The notes: generated by a model not told the origin, from the letters alone. DNA of 64,000 nt from an uncultured Bacilli bacterium (GCA_934101795.1 CAKORY010000002.1:25200-89199); one strand, 5' to 3'. Positions 10,058 through 20,405 are shown, numbered from the stretch's first letter. Numbers and translations are program-made.

Positions 10058-10820
10058 TTATTTTGTAGATACGCATTGTCATATATTTAAATCTGATTAT
10101 GAAAATATTGATGACGTATTAAAAGATGCCAGTAATAACTGTATAAAATATTTTATTAATAATGGTAGTAATGATAAATACAATAAAGAAGTACTTGAAC
10201 TTATAGAAAAATATCCATGTATGTATGGCGCAATTGGTATTCATCCAGAAGATGTAGATAGTTATTCTTTAGATGATATAAAATTTATTGAAAATAATAT
10301 TTCTAATAAAAAAATTGTTGCTATTGGTGAAATTGGTTTAGATTATCATTATACAAAAGAAAATAAAGATGAACAGATTAAATTATTTGAAATGCAACTT
10401 TCTTTAGCTGAAAAGTATAATATGCCTGTTATTGTGCATTCAAGAGATGCTACGGAAGATACAATTAATTCTTTAAAAAAATTTAATTGTAAAGGTGTAA
10501 TTCATTCATTTTCGGGAAGTTTAGAAACTGCGAGAATATACATTAAAATGGGATATATGATAGGTGTTAATGGGGTTATAACTTTTAAAAACGCTAAAAT
10601 TAAAGACGTTATTAAAGAAGTAGGACTTGAACATATTGTTCTAGAAACTGATAGTCCATATCTTACACCAGAGCCTTTTAGAGGAAAACAAAATAATCCT
10701 GGACATGTGTTAGAGGTAGCTAAATTTGTAGCTAATTTGTATGGCATTTCTCTAGAAGAACTTGCTGTTCAAACTAATAAAAATGTTACAAATATGTATA
10801 AAAAGATGAAGTTAGATTAA
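10050..10820 (+). CDS. tatD: TatD family metal-dependent DNase
   Basis: N-terminal FVDTHCH metal-binding motif, 256 aa, conserved metG-tatD adjacency. Confidence 0.88.
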   Translation: MNNYFVDTHCHIFKSDYENIDDVLKDASNNCIKYFINNGSNDKYNKEVLELIEKYPCMYGAIGIHPEDVDSYSLDDIKFIENNISNKKIVAIGEIGLDYHYTKENKDEQIKLFEMQLSLAEKYNMPVIVHSRDATEDTINSLKKFNCKGVIHSFSGSLETARIYIKMGYMIGVNGVITFKNAKIKDVIKEVGLEHIVLETDSPYLTPEPFRGKQNNPGHVLEVAKFVANLYGISLEELAVQTNKNVTNMYKKMKLD

Positions 10821-10841
10821 TTTTAACTTCATCTTTTTTTG
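10804..10841 (+). terminator. Rho-independent terminator after tatD
   Basis: stem agatgaagtt/aacttcatct with T7 run; tatD stop codon lies in loop. Confidence 0.7.
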
Positions 10842-10986
10842 ACTAATTTAAAGTGGTACCCCTTGAATAATTTAAAATTACTTGTATGTTATTAATATTA
10901 CAAAATAAATATGTAAAATATTGTCAATTGCTTTATTAGAATATTAATGTTATAATTTAGATATCCAAGAAGGAGTGGATATCTAT

Positions 10987-11514
10987 ATGAAAGTAGTAAA
11001 TTACTTTATTAGAATGTCAATTGTTATATTTATGTTTATAGTTGCTAAAAGTAGTTCTGATATTAAAATTGCTACAGTTGAAAATAATAATGTTAATAAA
11101 ACAGTTAATTTAACTACGATGGCTATGAAAATAATTGAAGTTGAAGATAATATAAAATATAGTCCAATTGCTACATATACAGGTGATTTAACTGGTTATG
11201 CTTATAATTGTCCATTATGTAATGGTACTTTAGGATGTATGCCAAAGTATAACATTAAAGATGGCACAACAACTTATAAAGATTATGAATATGGTGAAGT
11301 TAAAATTGTTGCTTCAAGTAATAATATAGCTTGTGGTTCAATAATTAGGTTTAAAAGTGATAGAGTTGGTGAAGGGGAACAATTTGCTATAGTTCTAGAC
11401 CGTGGTGTTGGTGGCTATGCACTTGATTTACTTACACCAAGTGAAGATTATGCATCCAAATATATTGGAAGAAGTAAAATAACATATGATGTTTTAAGGA
11501 GCGGGTGGGAATAA
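10987..11514 (+). CDS. Secreted 3D-domain protein (YabE/RlpA-like)
   Basis: signal/TM N-terminus, C-terminal 3D-like region with conserved Asp (GSIIRFKSD...AIVLDRGVGGYALDLL); occupies yabE position between tatD and rsmA. Confidence 0.6.
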   Translation: MKVVNYFIRMSIVIFMFIVAKSSSDIKIATVENNNVNKTVNLTTMAMKIIEVEDNIKYSPIATYTGDLTGYAYNCPLCNGTLGCMPKYNIKDGTTTYKDYEYGEVKIVASSNNIACGSIIRFKSDRVGEGEQFAIVLDRGVGGYALDLLTPSEDYASKYIGRSKITYDVLRSGWE

Positions 11515-11534
11515 AACCCTACCCGAATTTTTTT

Positions 11535-12314
11535 ATGAAGGCAAAGAAGAGTTTAGGACAAAATTTTTTAATTGATAACAATATAATAAATAAAATTGTT
11601 GATGAAGTTTCAGCGTGTGAAGATGATTTAATTATTGAAATCGGGCCTGGAAGAGGAGCCCTTACAAGTAAACTTAAGAAAAAAGGTTGTAATTTAATTG
11701 CTTACGAACTTGATAGAGATTTAAGTAATATACTAAGTAAATTAGAAGATGAAAAATTGCATGTAATTTATGGTGATTTTTTAAAAAGTGATATAAAGGA
11801 AGATATAAAAAATATTAAATATGATAATTTGTATTTAGTTGGTAACCTTCCTTATTATATAACTACACCAATAATTGAACATATTATTGATGAAAATATA
11901 GATTTTAGTAAGTTTACAATTATGATACAAAAAGAAGTTGCAGATAGATTTATGGCTGTTGCAGGTACTAAAGATTATGGTTATATTACCTTAGTGCTTA
12001 AATATTATTTTAATATTAGTAAAGTTTGTGATGTATCTAAATATTCTTTTAATCCTGTACCAAAAGTTGAAAGTAGTGTTGTAAGTTTTGTGCCACGAAA
12101 AGATAAGTTAGATGTTGATGCTGATGGTTACTTTAAGTTTTTGAAAAATGCTTTTAGACAAAAAAGAAAAAATTTGAGAAATAATCTATATGGATTATAT
12201 AATTTGGATATTGTCTTGCAAGTGTTAAGTAAATATGATTTAGATTTAAGTGTTAGAGCGGAAAGTTTAAGTGAAGAAATATTAGTAGATATCTATAAAA
12301 GTGTTACCCGATGA
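11535..12314 (+). CDS. rsmA: 16S rRNA (adenine1518/1519-N6)-dimethyltransferase
   Basis: KKSLGQNFLID N-terminal signature, NLPY motif (GNLPYYITTP); start set at ATG MKAKK. Confidence 0.9.
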   Translation: MKAKKSLGQNFLIDNNIINKIVDEVSACEDDLIIEIGPGRGALTSKLKKKGCNLIAYELDRDLSNILSKLEDEKLHVIYGDFLKSDIKEDIKNIKYDNLYLVGNLPYYITTPIIEHIIDENIDFSKFTIMIQKEVADRFMAVAGTKDYGYITLVLKYYFNISKVCDVSKYSFNPVPKVESSVVSFVPRKDKLDVDADGYFKFLKNAFRQKRKNLRNNLYGLYNLDIVLQVLSKYDLDLSVRAESLSEEILVDIYKSVTR

Positions 12315-13141
12315 GGGTAATTTTTTTTTGGCAATTTTCATATACTTTATTGGTGATAATTATTTTGAATATAGAAAAAGGTGATTATGTAACTAGAAAT
12401 AGTTATGGTAATGATACCGTATTTAGAGTTATTAATATAAAAGATGGAATATATTATTTAAAAGGTGTGGAGGTTAGATTGGTAGCGGATGCAGAAGTTT
12501 TAGATTTAAGAAAAGAAGAGAATATCAAATCAGATGATTTACTAGATGATATTGATTTATTAGATGATAATTTAGATCGGGGGGAGTTTTTTTACTTGCC
12601 TGCGAAGGCTTTGCATATTGATTCTGATGAAGAATATCTATCAAGATGCCTAAAGTTTTACAAAAGAAATGGCATAATGGCTGTTGGCAAAAAAATAAAT
12701 GAAAAAAATGTTTATGAACAGCTTCCCATGCTTTTAAAAGAGTTTAGACCTGATATTGTGGTTATTACTGGACATGATGCTTATTATAGAAAAAAGGGAG
12801 ATGCTAAAGATATCAAGAATTATAAAAATTCGGCATATTTTGTTAAAGCAGTAAAAGCAGCAAGAAATTATGAAAAAAGCCATGATAAATTAGTTATAAT
12901 TGCTGGTGCTTGTCAAAGTGATTATGAAGAATTAATTAAGGCTGGTGCTAATTTTGCATCAAGTCCTAAGAGAGTTAATATTCATGCTTTAGATCCAGCT
13001 ATTATTGCAAGTACTGTTGCTCTTACTGAGAGAAATAAAGAAATCGATTTAAAAAAATTACTTGATAAAACAAAATATAAAGAAGATGGGATGGGAGGTC
13101 TTATATGTAATGGTCTTATGTATGTAGGTTATCCTAGATAA
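12311..13141 (+). CDS. yabG: Sporulation-specific protease YabG
   Basis: conserved rsmA-yabG-veg order; YabG-like central region (VVITGHDAY...IIAGACQSDYE); true start probably internal to the 276-aa ORF. Confidence 0.7.
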   Translation: MRVIFFWQFSYTLLVIIILNIEKGDYVTRNSYGNDTVFRVINIKDGIYYLKGVEVRLVADAEVLDLRKEENIKSDDLLDDIDLLDDNLDRGEFFYLPAKALHIDSDEEYLSRCLKFYKRNGIMAVGKKINEKNVYEQLPMLLKEFRPDIVVITGHDAYYRKKGDAKDIKNYKNSAYFVKAVKAARNYEKSHDKLVIIAGACQSDYEELIKAGANFASSPKRVNIHALDPAIIASTVALTERNKEIDLKKLLDKTKYKEDGMGGLICNGLMYVGYPR

Positions 13142-13150
13142 GGAGGAATA

Positions 13151-13363
13151 ATGAATATTAATTTAATAAAAGAAGAAATAAGTAAAAAGCTTAATAGTAA
13201 AGTGCTTGTGTCTGTTTATGGTATGCGTAATAGAGTTAATAAAATGGTGGGAATACTTTATAAAATTTATCCAAATTTGTTTACTGTTATGGTAGATGGA
13301 GAAGAGAAAAGTTTTTGTTATAGAGATGTAATAACTGGTGATGTCAAAATAAAATATTTATAA
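13151..13363 (+). CDS. veg: Veg protein
   Basis: 70 aa; directly after yabG as in Bacillus; size/composition typical of Veg. Confidence 0.8.
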   Translation: MNINLIKEEISKKLNSKVLVSVYGMRNRVNKMVGILYKIYPNLFTVMVDGEEKSFCYRDVITGDVKIKYL

Positions 13364-13441
13364 AATATCAAAAAGATATTGCAAAATATTTGATTATGCT
13401 TTAAAATGAAATTATGTAATACATCATAAGGAGGTAATGTT

Positions 13442-13714
13442 ATGGAAATTACAAAAATAGAAATTTATAGGAGAGAAAAAGAAGGGTCAAGATTAAAAGC
13501 TTTTGTTGATTTTACTTTAGATGATTGCTTAGCTATTCGTGGCGCTAAGATTATTGATGGTAATTCAAGAATGTTTGTTTCTATGCCAGGAAAATTGAAT
13601 AAGGCTGGTAAAGAAGAAAATGTTGTTTTTCCAACAAATAAAGCAACAAGAGATAAATTTGAAAAAGCTATTCTTGATGCATATAATAAGAAAGTTGAAG
13701 AAGATGAAGCTTAA
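13442..13714 (+). CDS. spoVG: Septation protein SpoVG
   Basis: 90 aa, MEITKIEIYRREKEGSRLKAFVDFTLDDCLAIRGAKIIDG is highly characteristic of SpoVG. Confidence 0.9.
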   Translation: MEITKIEIYRREKEGSRLKAFVDFTLDDCLAIRGAKIIDGNSRMFVSMPGKLNKAGKEENVVFPTNKATRDKFEKAILDAYNKKVEEDEA

Positions 13715-13729
13715 TAAGCTTCTTTTTTG
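13705..13729 (+). terminator. Rho-independent terminator after spoVG
   Basis: gaagctt aat aagcttc + tttttt. Confidence 0.65.
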
Positions 13730-13826
13730 ATAAAATTCATAAAATTATTCAATAAAAAGGTTATCTTGACATATTATGAATATGTGGTATAATTAGAAAA
13801 CGTCGCTTAAAAAGGAGTGAATTTAA

Positions 13827-14309
13827 ATGTTATACAATATTCAATATGTTTACGGTAAAAATAAAAATGATGAAAAAACTTTAATTGGTGCTAAGGTTTT
13901 AGAATTTGATGGAGAAAAAACTTATGTTCAAGAAATATATATTGGTTTAGAATTCTCTTTAGAAGATATACTTGAAAATAAAATAAATGCAGATGCTATT
14001 GGTATTACAAATACTGATATTTTAAAAACTAGATATAAAAATTTAAATGCTGCAGGTATTGTTTATTTTCCTGAATTAGAACGTTATGAGTTTCTTGAAG
14101 AAGGAGATTTAGTTATTCCTTGGATATCAACAGAATTAGTTGCTAATTCATTAGAAGATGCTTTACAACCTTATAGAAACAAAGCGACAGATATGGTTGT
14201 AAAAGAAAAAATAGCTGCTAAAAAAGCTTATGTTGAAAGTTTAGATCCTGCAGATCCAATGGTTGAACTTAATGGTTTATCTTTACGTAGACGTGTTTCG
14301 AACAGATAG
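13827..14309 (+). CDS. Hypothetical protein (160 aa) between spoVG and yabP
   Basis: ORF preceded by TTGACA-16-TGgTATAAT promoter-like sequence at ~13767-13794 and AAGGAG RBS; no recognisable motif. Confidence 0.4.
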   Translation: MLYNIQYVYGKNKNDEKTLIGAKVLEFDGEKTYVQEIYIGLEFSLEDILENKINADAIGITNTDILKTRYKNLNAAGIVYFPELERYEFLEEGDLVIPWISTELVANSLEDALQPYRNKATDMVVKEKIAAKKAYVESLDPADPMVELNGLSLRRRVSNR

Positions 14310-14352
14310 TTATAAATTATCTGTTTTTTTCATATAATTAATTGGTGATATT

Positions 14353-14628
14353 ATGGATAATACTTATGGTACTCAAGAAGTAAAAATTATTGATAGAAGT
14401 AGTATTAGTTTAAATGGGGTTAATAAAATAGTAAGTTTTGATGATGAAGAATTCTTAATGGAAACAGTAATGGGGAATTTAAGAATACTTGGTAGTGGAC
14501 TTGAGCTTTTAAAACTTGACACTATTGATGGAAATGTAAAGATAAAAGGAAAGATTAATTCATTTATGTACATTGATGGTAAAACTAAAAATAAGGAAGA
14601 TAGCATTATAAGTAAATTGTTTAAATGA
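14353..14628 (+). CDS. yabP: Sporulation protein YabP
   Basis: 91 aa; LNGVNKIVSFDDEEFLMETVMGNL core matches YabP family; followed by yabQ-divIC as in Bacillus. Confidence 0.75.
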   Translation: MDNTYGTQEVKIIDRSSISLNGVNKIVSFDDEEFLMETVMGNLRILGSGLELLKLDTIDGNVKIKGKINSFMYIDGKTKNKEDSIISKLFK

Positions 14629-14924
14629 ATAGTTATGTTCAAGTATTTTCTTTCTTAGTATCTTTTATTTATGGTGTGTTATTTTATTTGTTTGCAAGAT
14701 TTAATAGATTTATGATTAGTAATAAAAATAATGCTATTAAGTTAATCGTAACACTTGTTTTTGTAATAGATATGGTTATTTTATATATTTATTTAATGTA
14801 TAGAATTAATTTTGGAATTATTCATCCATATTTTGTAATTGTAGTTGTCTTAGGTTTTTTGTTTATGATGAAAATGTATAATAAATGTAAAAATTGTGTA
14901 AAAAAAATAAAATTTCTAAAATAA
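14625..14924 (+). CDS. yabQ: Spore cortex biosynthesis membrane protein YabQ-like
   Basis: 99 aa multi-TM hydrophobic protein overlapping yabP stop; conserved position. Confidence 0.5.
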   Translation: MNSYVQVFSFLVSFIYGVLFYLFARFNRFMISNKNNAIKLIVTLVFVIDMVILYIYLMYRINFGIIHPYFVIVVVLGFLFMMKMYNKCKNCVKKIKFLK

Positions 14925-14984
14925 TGGTTTATGTTTTAGAAATTTTTTTGTATAATTTTTGTTGAAGAATGAGGAGGATCCGGT

Positions 14985-15269
14985 ATGAAGAAAACAAAAA
15001 AAGAAAAAAAACGGCTTTTTGTAATATCTGCCGTGATTATACTACTTATTGTTTCTTTAGTTAGTTCTGTTACAGGAGATTGGACTAAAATTATGGAAAA
15101 TAAAAGTAAAATTACAAGTTTGAATAAAAAATATAATAACTTATTGGGTGAAGAAGAAAAGTTGGTTAGTGAAGTTACTAAATTACAAGATGATGATTAT
15201 GTCCTTAGATATGCAAAAGAGAAGTTTTTGTATTCTGAAGATGGAGAAGTTATAATTAGAATGAACTAG
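14985..15269 (+). CDS. divIC: Septum formation initiator DivIC/FtsB-like
   Basis: 94 aa, N-terminal TM, coiled-coil region ([25 protein letters not shown]); conserved yabQ-divIC order. Confidence 0.55.
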   Translation: MKKTKKEKKRLFVISAVIILLIVSLVSSVTGDWTKIMENKSKITSLNKKYNNLLGEEEKLVSEVTKLQDDDYVLRYAKEKFLYSEDGEVIIRMN

Positions 15270-15287
15270 AATTCATTCTTTTTTATT
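15258..15287. terminator. Bidirectional terminator shared by divIC (+) and clpP (-)
   Basis: agaatgaa ctagaa ttcattct flanked by A/T runs on both strands; both stop codons within hairpin. Confidence 0.55.
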
Positions 15288-15844
15288 ATATCATCAACTA
15301 GCCCATATTCTTTAGCTTCAATGGCATTTAAAAAATTATCTCTTTCTGTATCTTCATATATTTTTTCTAGTGGTTGATGTGTGTTATCCGCTAAAATTCT
15401 GTTTAGTTTTTCTTTTAGTTTTATGATGCGTTCAGCAGCTATTTTAATATCTGTTGCCTGTCCTTGAGCACCTCCGAGTGGTTGGTGGATCATGACTTCG
15501 GCATTTGGAAGAATATATCTTTCATCACCACTTGAAAGTAAAAATGCTGCCATGCTAGCACACATTCCAACTCCGATTGTTATAACTTTACTTTCAATAA
15601 ATCTCATTGTGTCATATATACCCATTCCTGAGGTTATGGCACCACCCGGAGAATTTATATATAAATAGATATTCTCATGATTTATATTATCTAAATAGAG
15701 AAGTTCACTTATAATGATATTAGCCATAGTGTCATCTATTTCACCAGTTAAAAATATAATTCTGTCTTGAAGTAGTCTAGAATATAAATCATAAGCATAT
15801 TCTTTATTATTACTCTTTGTAATTACTGTTGGAATTATGTTCAA
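15266..15844 (-). CDS. clpP: ATP-dependent Clp protease proteolytic subunit
   Basis: 192 aa, catalytic region [22 protein letters not shown]; canonical ClpP. Confidence 0.95.
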   Translation of the reverse strand: MNIIPTVITKSNNKEYAYDLYSRLLQDRIIFLTGEIDDTMANIIISELLYLDNINHENIYLYINSPGGAITSGMGIYDTMRFIESKVITIGVGMCASMAAFLLSSGDERYILPNAEVMIHQPLGGAQGQATDIKIAAERIIKLKEKLNRILADNTHQPLEKIYEDTERDNFLNAIEAKEYGLVDDIIKKNEF

Positions 15845-15940
15845 AATATATCACCTACATAAATAATAGTAAAATGTGTTATTTTTTATTCACAAATGAT
15901 AAAAAAATTGATATAATTAATAAGAATAGAGGGAGATTAG

Positions 15941-17587
15941 ATGGATATAGTCAAAGTTACATTTAATGATAATACTGTTCACGAGTACAGAAAAGGTACT
16001 TTGTTTTATGATGCAAGTAAAGACTTTGATATGGAAAATATTGTTGGTTATAAAATAAATAATGAAGTATTTTCTTTAGATAATAAAATTCTTGAAGATG
16101 TAAAAATAGATTTTATAAATACAAATGATTTGATTGGAAATAGAATTTATAAAGCAGGCTTAAAATTTTTGTTTTTAGTGGCATTGCAAGAAGTTTTTAA
16201 TGGTTTTGATGTTTCGTTTGAACATAGTGTTCCAAGAGGAATGTTAGGAATTATTGAAGGGACTCGTATACTTACTCAAGAAGATATTTCTCTTATTAAA
16301 GAAAAAATGTGTAAAATAATTAGTGACAATGAAATAATTACTAAGTTAAATGTATCTCCGAAAGATGCAATTAAGTATTATAGAGATAAAAAAGAGTATG
16401 AAAAAGCAAATAATATACAAAATATAAGTGATAAGGTTGTTAATTTATATAAACTTAAAAATAAACTTAATTATTTTTATTCGTTAATGCCTTATAGTAC
16501 AGGAGTTTTAAATAAGTTTGAACTAGTTTATTTGGGAAATAATAGGGTAATACTTTTGTTTCCTACGACTAGAAGCAACGGAAATGTTCCTGAGTATGTT
16601 CATTATGATAAGATTATTGATAGTTTTGCAAGTGGAAAAAAATGGCTTGAAAAGTTAAATATGCCATATGTTACTGATTTAAATAAAGATGTTGGTAATG
16701 GAAAAATAATTAACTTTATTAAATCTAGCGAACTTGTATTTAATTTAAATATTGCCGGGGCTTGTAAAGAAATAGAACAAAATAAAGATATTAAGTTTAT
16801 ACTTATTGCGGGGCCTTCATCAAGTGGAAAAACTACTACAACAAGTAGGTTAGCATCATATTTTGAAGCTTTAGGTTATAATCCAATTAGTATTAGTTTA
16901 GATGATTATTTTGTAAATAGAGATGATACTCCAAAAGATGAAAATGGTAATTTTGATTTTGAATGTTTAGAGGCATTAGATGTTAAATTGTTTAACGAAA
17001 ATTTAAAAAGATTACTGGCGGGTGAAAGTGTTAAGTTTCCTAAATATAACTTTATGACAGGTCTTAGAGAATACTATAAAGATGAAGTTAAAATGACTGA
17101 TAAAAGTGTTTTCTTAATTGAAGGGTTGCATGCGTTAAATGATGAACTTACAAAAGATGTTGATGCTAAGTATAAATATAAAATTTATTTGAGTCCATTT
17201 ATTCCTTTGAGTATAGATAAATACAATTATGTATCAACGCTTGATTTACGGTTGCTTAGAAGAATAGTTAGGGATAATAGAACACGTGGATATGATGCTT
17301 TAAAAACTATTGATAATTGGCAAAGTGTAAGAAATGGAGAAGAAAAATATATATTTCCGTATATACATCAAGCTAATACAATAATTAATACAGCCCTTCC
17401 ATATGAAGTTGGGGTTTTGAAGGTTTATGTAGAGCCGCTTCTTTTATCAGTAAGTGTGGATAACATTTATTATGAGGAAGCTAGAAGATTAGTGGATTTT
17501 TTAAAACAATTTTTTCCAATACCGGGAGAATATGTTAATGATGAATCAATATTGCGTGAATTTATAGGAGGAAGATATAATGATTAA
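15941..17587 (+). CDS. TGS-domain/uridine-kinase-family fusion protein (ThrRS-like N-domain + P-loop nucleoside kinase)
   Basis: N-terminal TGS-like region; Walker A IAGPSSSGKTTT; PRK/uridine kinase-like C-terminal region; 548 aa. Confidence 0.65.
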   Translation: MDIVKVTFNDNTVHEYRKGTLFYDASKDFDMENIVGYKINNEVFSLDNKILEDVKIDFINTNDLIGNRIYKAGLKFLFLVALQEVFNGFDVSFEHSVPRGMLGIIEGTRILTQEDISLIKEKMCKIISDNEIITKLNVSPKDAIKYYRDKKEYEKANNIQNISDKVVNLYKLKNKLNYFYSLMPYSTGVLNKFELVYLGNNRVILLFPTTRSNGNVPEYVHYDKIIDSFASGKKWLEKLNMPYVTDLNKDVGNGKIINFIKSSELVFNLNIAGACKEIEQNKDIKFILIAGPSSSGKTTTTSRLASYFEALGYNPISISLDDYFVNRDDTPKDENGNFDFECLEALDVKLFNENLKRLLAGESVKFPKYNFMTGLREYYKDEVKMTDKSVFLIEGLHALNDELTKDVDAKYKYKIYLSPFIPLSIDKYNYVSTLDLRLLRRIVRDNRTRGYDALKTIDNWQSVRNGEEKYIFPYIHQANTIINTALPYEVGVLKVYVEPLLLSVSVDNIYYEEARRLVDFLKQFFPIPGEYVNDESILREFIGGRYND

Positions 17588-18584
17588 AGTAGCAATTAAT
17601 GGTTTTGGTAGAATAGGTAGACTTGCTTTTAGGCAAATAGTTACACAAACAGATTTTGATATAGTAGCTATTAATGATTTAACAAGTGCAGAGGATTTAG
17701 CTTATTTAGTTAAATATGATACAGTGCATGGTTCTTTTCATGAAGATGAAATTAAAGCAGAAGGTAATGAAATAGTAGTGGCAGGTGTTAAGAGAATTAA
17801 GGTTTTTAGTGAAACTGATCCAGCTAATTTACCTTGGGGTGAACTTGGAGTTGATTTAGTACTTGAATGTACTGGTAAGTTTACTCAAAAAGAAGATGCA
17901 ATGAAACATATTACTGCAGGCGCTAAAAAGGTACTAATTAGTGCACCTGGTAAAGGTGATATGAAGACAATTGTTTACAATGTTAATGATAATATTTTAA
18001 CAAATGATGATGTTATAGTAAGTGCAGCGAGTTGTACAACAAATTGTTTAGCACCAGTTGTTAATATTTTACAAAAGAATATTGGTATTAAAAAAGGTTT
18101 TATGACTACTATTCATGCTTATACAAATGATCAAGCAACTCTAGATATAGCACATAAAAAGGGTATTAAATCAAGACGTGGTAGAGCTTGTGCTCAAAAT
18201 ATTGTTCCATCTAGTACAGGAGCTGCTAAAGCAATTGGTTTAGTTATTCCTGAACTTCTTGGTAAATTAGATGGTAGTGCATTAAGAGTTCCTACTGCTG
18301 ATGGTTCTGTTGTGGATTTAACATTAGAACTAAACAGAAATACAAGTGTGGAAGAAATTAATAAATTATTTAGTGAAAATCAAAATGAAACAATTAAATT
18401 TACAATGGATCCAATCGTTTCAAGTGATTGTCTAGACAAAAAGGTTGGGGCAATAGTTGATGGACTTTCTACAAGTACTCTAGAATCTGATGGTTCTCAA
18501 CTTGTTAAAGTACTTGCTTGGTATGACAATGAATATGGTTATACTGCTCAAATGCTTAGAACTGCTAAAAAAATGTTTCAATAA
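17580..18584 (+). CDS. gap: Glyceraldehyde-3-phosphate dehydrogenase
   Basis: INGFGRIGR NAD-binding motif, active-site SAASCTTNCLAP; 334 aa. Confidence 0.95.
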   Translation: MIKVAINGFGRIGRLAFRQIVTQTDFDIVAINDLTSAEDLAYLVKYDTVHGSFHEDEIKAEGNEIVVAGVKRIKVFSETDPANLPWGELGVDLVLECTGKFTQKEDAMKHITAGAKKVLISAPGKGDMKTIVYNVNDNILTNDDVIVSAASCTTNCLAPVVNILQKNIGIKKGFMTTIHAYTNDQATLDIAHKKGIKSRRGRACAQNIVPSSTGAAKAIGLVIPELLGKLDGSALRVPTADGSVVDLTLELNRNTSVEEINKLFSENQNETIKFTMDPIVSSDCLDKKVGAIVDGLSTSTLESDGSQLVKVLAWYDNEYGYTAQMLRTAKKMFQ

Positions 18585-18589
18585 AAATA

Positions 18590-18616
18590 AACTCTCAATA
18601 ATTTGAGAGTTTTTGT
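18590..18616 (+). terminator. Rho-independent terminator after gap
   Basis: aactctcaa taatt ttgagagtt ttt. Confidence 0.7.
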
Positions 18617-18700
18617 GTGTCTTTAAAAAGTTAATAAAACTTCTTTTAATAATGATTTTATTACAGCTATTTGCCATTTTTGTGTTAGTTATAAAATAAA

Positions 18701-18790
18701 AAACGCATCTAAATCAACGGGGGTGATTTAGATGCACCAAAACAAATTGATAGCATCCAATCTCTGAAAAAACTGGATGTTACTTTTTCT
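18701..18790 (+). ncRNA. Conserved two-hairpin intergenic element, copy A (candidate sRNA / REP-like repeat)
   Basis: ~90 nt with 12-bp perfect stem gcatctaaatca/tgatttagatgc and second stem catcca/tggatg + U-run; near-identical copy at 48921-49010. Confidence 0.45.
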
Positions 18791-20405
18791 ATTTTTTTAT
18801 TTTTTTATTAAATTTATTTAATAATCTATCTCCGAGGAGTTTGTTAAGTAAGTCTTTATTCATTAAATAATAAAGTATTAGACAAATAAGACCTATAAAT
18901 CCTAGAGCTAGTAACATATAGAATTTACCATTAATATGATTAAATATAACTGGTTTAATAATTAGACATATTGCTATTAATATTGCTATTGTTAATATAA
19001 GTTTTGGTATTGATTTAACTGTTTCTTTATAACTAAAGTTGTATTTATGATGTAATGTATAAAGCGGAATTATTAATGATAATATATAACCAATCGTAGT
19101 TGCGAGTATTGCTCCGTAGAACGGATATATACCAATTTTATTAAATAATAATATCAATGGAATATCTAATATTGTTTTGGTAATTAATCCGGTTCCACAA
19201 GATATATAAATTAGTTTTGTTTTCGACAAACCTTGTAGAGCACTGCATATCATTATGTAAGCGGAATCTAATATTGCAAGTAATATTGTATATTTGAATA
19301 TTAATGGACCATAGAAGCTTTTACCATAAAATATTGTCCAAACTTCTTTTGAAAAGATGCTTAAGAATATTGAAAGTGGTAATATTACATATAATAGCAC
19401 TTGAAGTGTTTTATTAAATTGTGAGTTTACTTCTTTCATATCTTTTTTTGTGTAAGACTCCACAATTGTGGGAATTAGGCTTATTACAAGTCCTGTTGCA
19501 ATTGCAGTTACTACACTTACAAGTTTACTTCCCCAGGTGGTAAATACTGAGGAAATTGTTTCAATATCCCCAGCTGGGTAACCTATCCAATTTAAACCTT
19601 TGATAACTAGTATCATATCTACAGTATTATAAATACTATTGGCAACGTTGATAACAATAAATGGTATACAATAACCAATTAGTTTTTTAAATATTGTTTT
19701 CTTTTCATCTTTGGATACTTCTTCATATGGTACAAATAAATCTTTTTTTACTTTGTTTGTTTTAATAAGTAGGTAAAGATATGAAACTAGAGCACCTGCG
19801 CATGCTCCGAATACAGCAATACCAACAGCCTCTGCAATTGATAAATGGAATACTTTAAGTGCTAAGTAAGAACCGACAATAATTACTAGAACTCTTACAA
19901 ATTGTTCAATTACTTGTCCAATGGATGGGGCAGCGATATAATGGTGTCCTTGTAAGTAACCTCTGAAGATACTTAAAAGTGGTACAACTAAAATGGCAAA
20001 TGATACACATCTGATTACAAATGCAACATCCGATACTGTGTTTCCTCCAGTTAAATCACCAACTATAGCATTTGCTATTAAATTTGCTCCAAAGAAACAA
20101 ATACAAAACGATACAATTGAGAATATTCTTATAATTTTTTGCGAATATTTAAACATGTAAGTTTTTTCTTTCATTTTACCCAATGTGTTGTATTCGCTTG
20201 TGATTTTACTTATTGCAAGTGGAATACCTGCGGATGATATAATTAAAAAGAAATTGTATATATTGTATGCATAACCATATAAGGAACCACCATTTTCACC
20301 AATAATATTATAAAATGGAATTACATAAAGAACTCCGAGTATTTTGGATAAAATTATGGCTATGGTTGCTATAAGAGCACCTTCGATAAATTCGTTTTTT
20401 TTCAA
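18789..20405 (-). CDS. MOP-superfamily polysaccharide/lipid-linked oligosaccharide flippase (SpoVB/MurJ-like)
   Basis: 538 aa, ~14 TM segments, basic C-terminal tail; family-level call only. Confidence 0.55.
   Translation of the reverse strand: MKKNEFIEGALIATIAIILSKILGVLYVIPFYNIIGENGGSLYGYAYNIYNFFLIISSAGIPLAISKITSEYNTLGKMKEKTYMFKYSQKIIRIFSIVSFCICFFGANLIANAIVGDLTGGNTVSDVAFVIRCVSFAILVVPLLSIFRGYLQGHHYIAAPSIGQVIEQFVRVLVIIVGSYLALKVFHLSIAEAVGIAVFGACAGALVSYLYLLIKTNKVKKDLFVPYEEVSKDEKKTIFKKLIGYCIPFIVINVANSIYNTVDMILVIKGLNWIGYPAGDIETISSVFTTWGSKLVSVVTAIATGLVISLIPTIVESYTKKDMKEVNSQFNKTLQVLLYVILPLSIFLSIFSKEVWTIFYGKSFYGPLIFKYTILLAILDSAYIMICSALQGLSKTKLIYISCGTGLITKTILDIPLILLFNKIGIYPFYGAILATTIGYILSLIIPLYTLHHKYNFSYKETVKSIPKLILTIAILIAICLIIKPVIFNHINGKFYMLLALGFIGLICLILYYLMNKDLLNKLLGDRLLNKFNKKIKK

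Noticed and set aside
10842-10974. Second T-box-like element (aagtggtacccc) after tatD
   Set aside because: Only a partial GGTGGTACC-like match without the flanking AATTA/GCGG context, and the downstream gene is not an aaRS or amino-acid gene.
15845-15940. CtsR operator (GGTCAAA direct repeat) upstream of clpP
   Set aside because: Searched the clpP promoter region on both strands; no GGTCAAA/TTTGACC heptads present.
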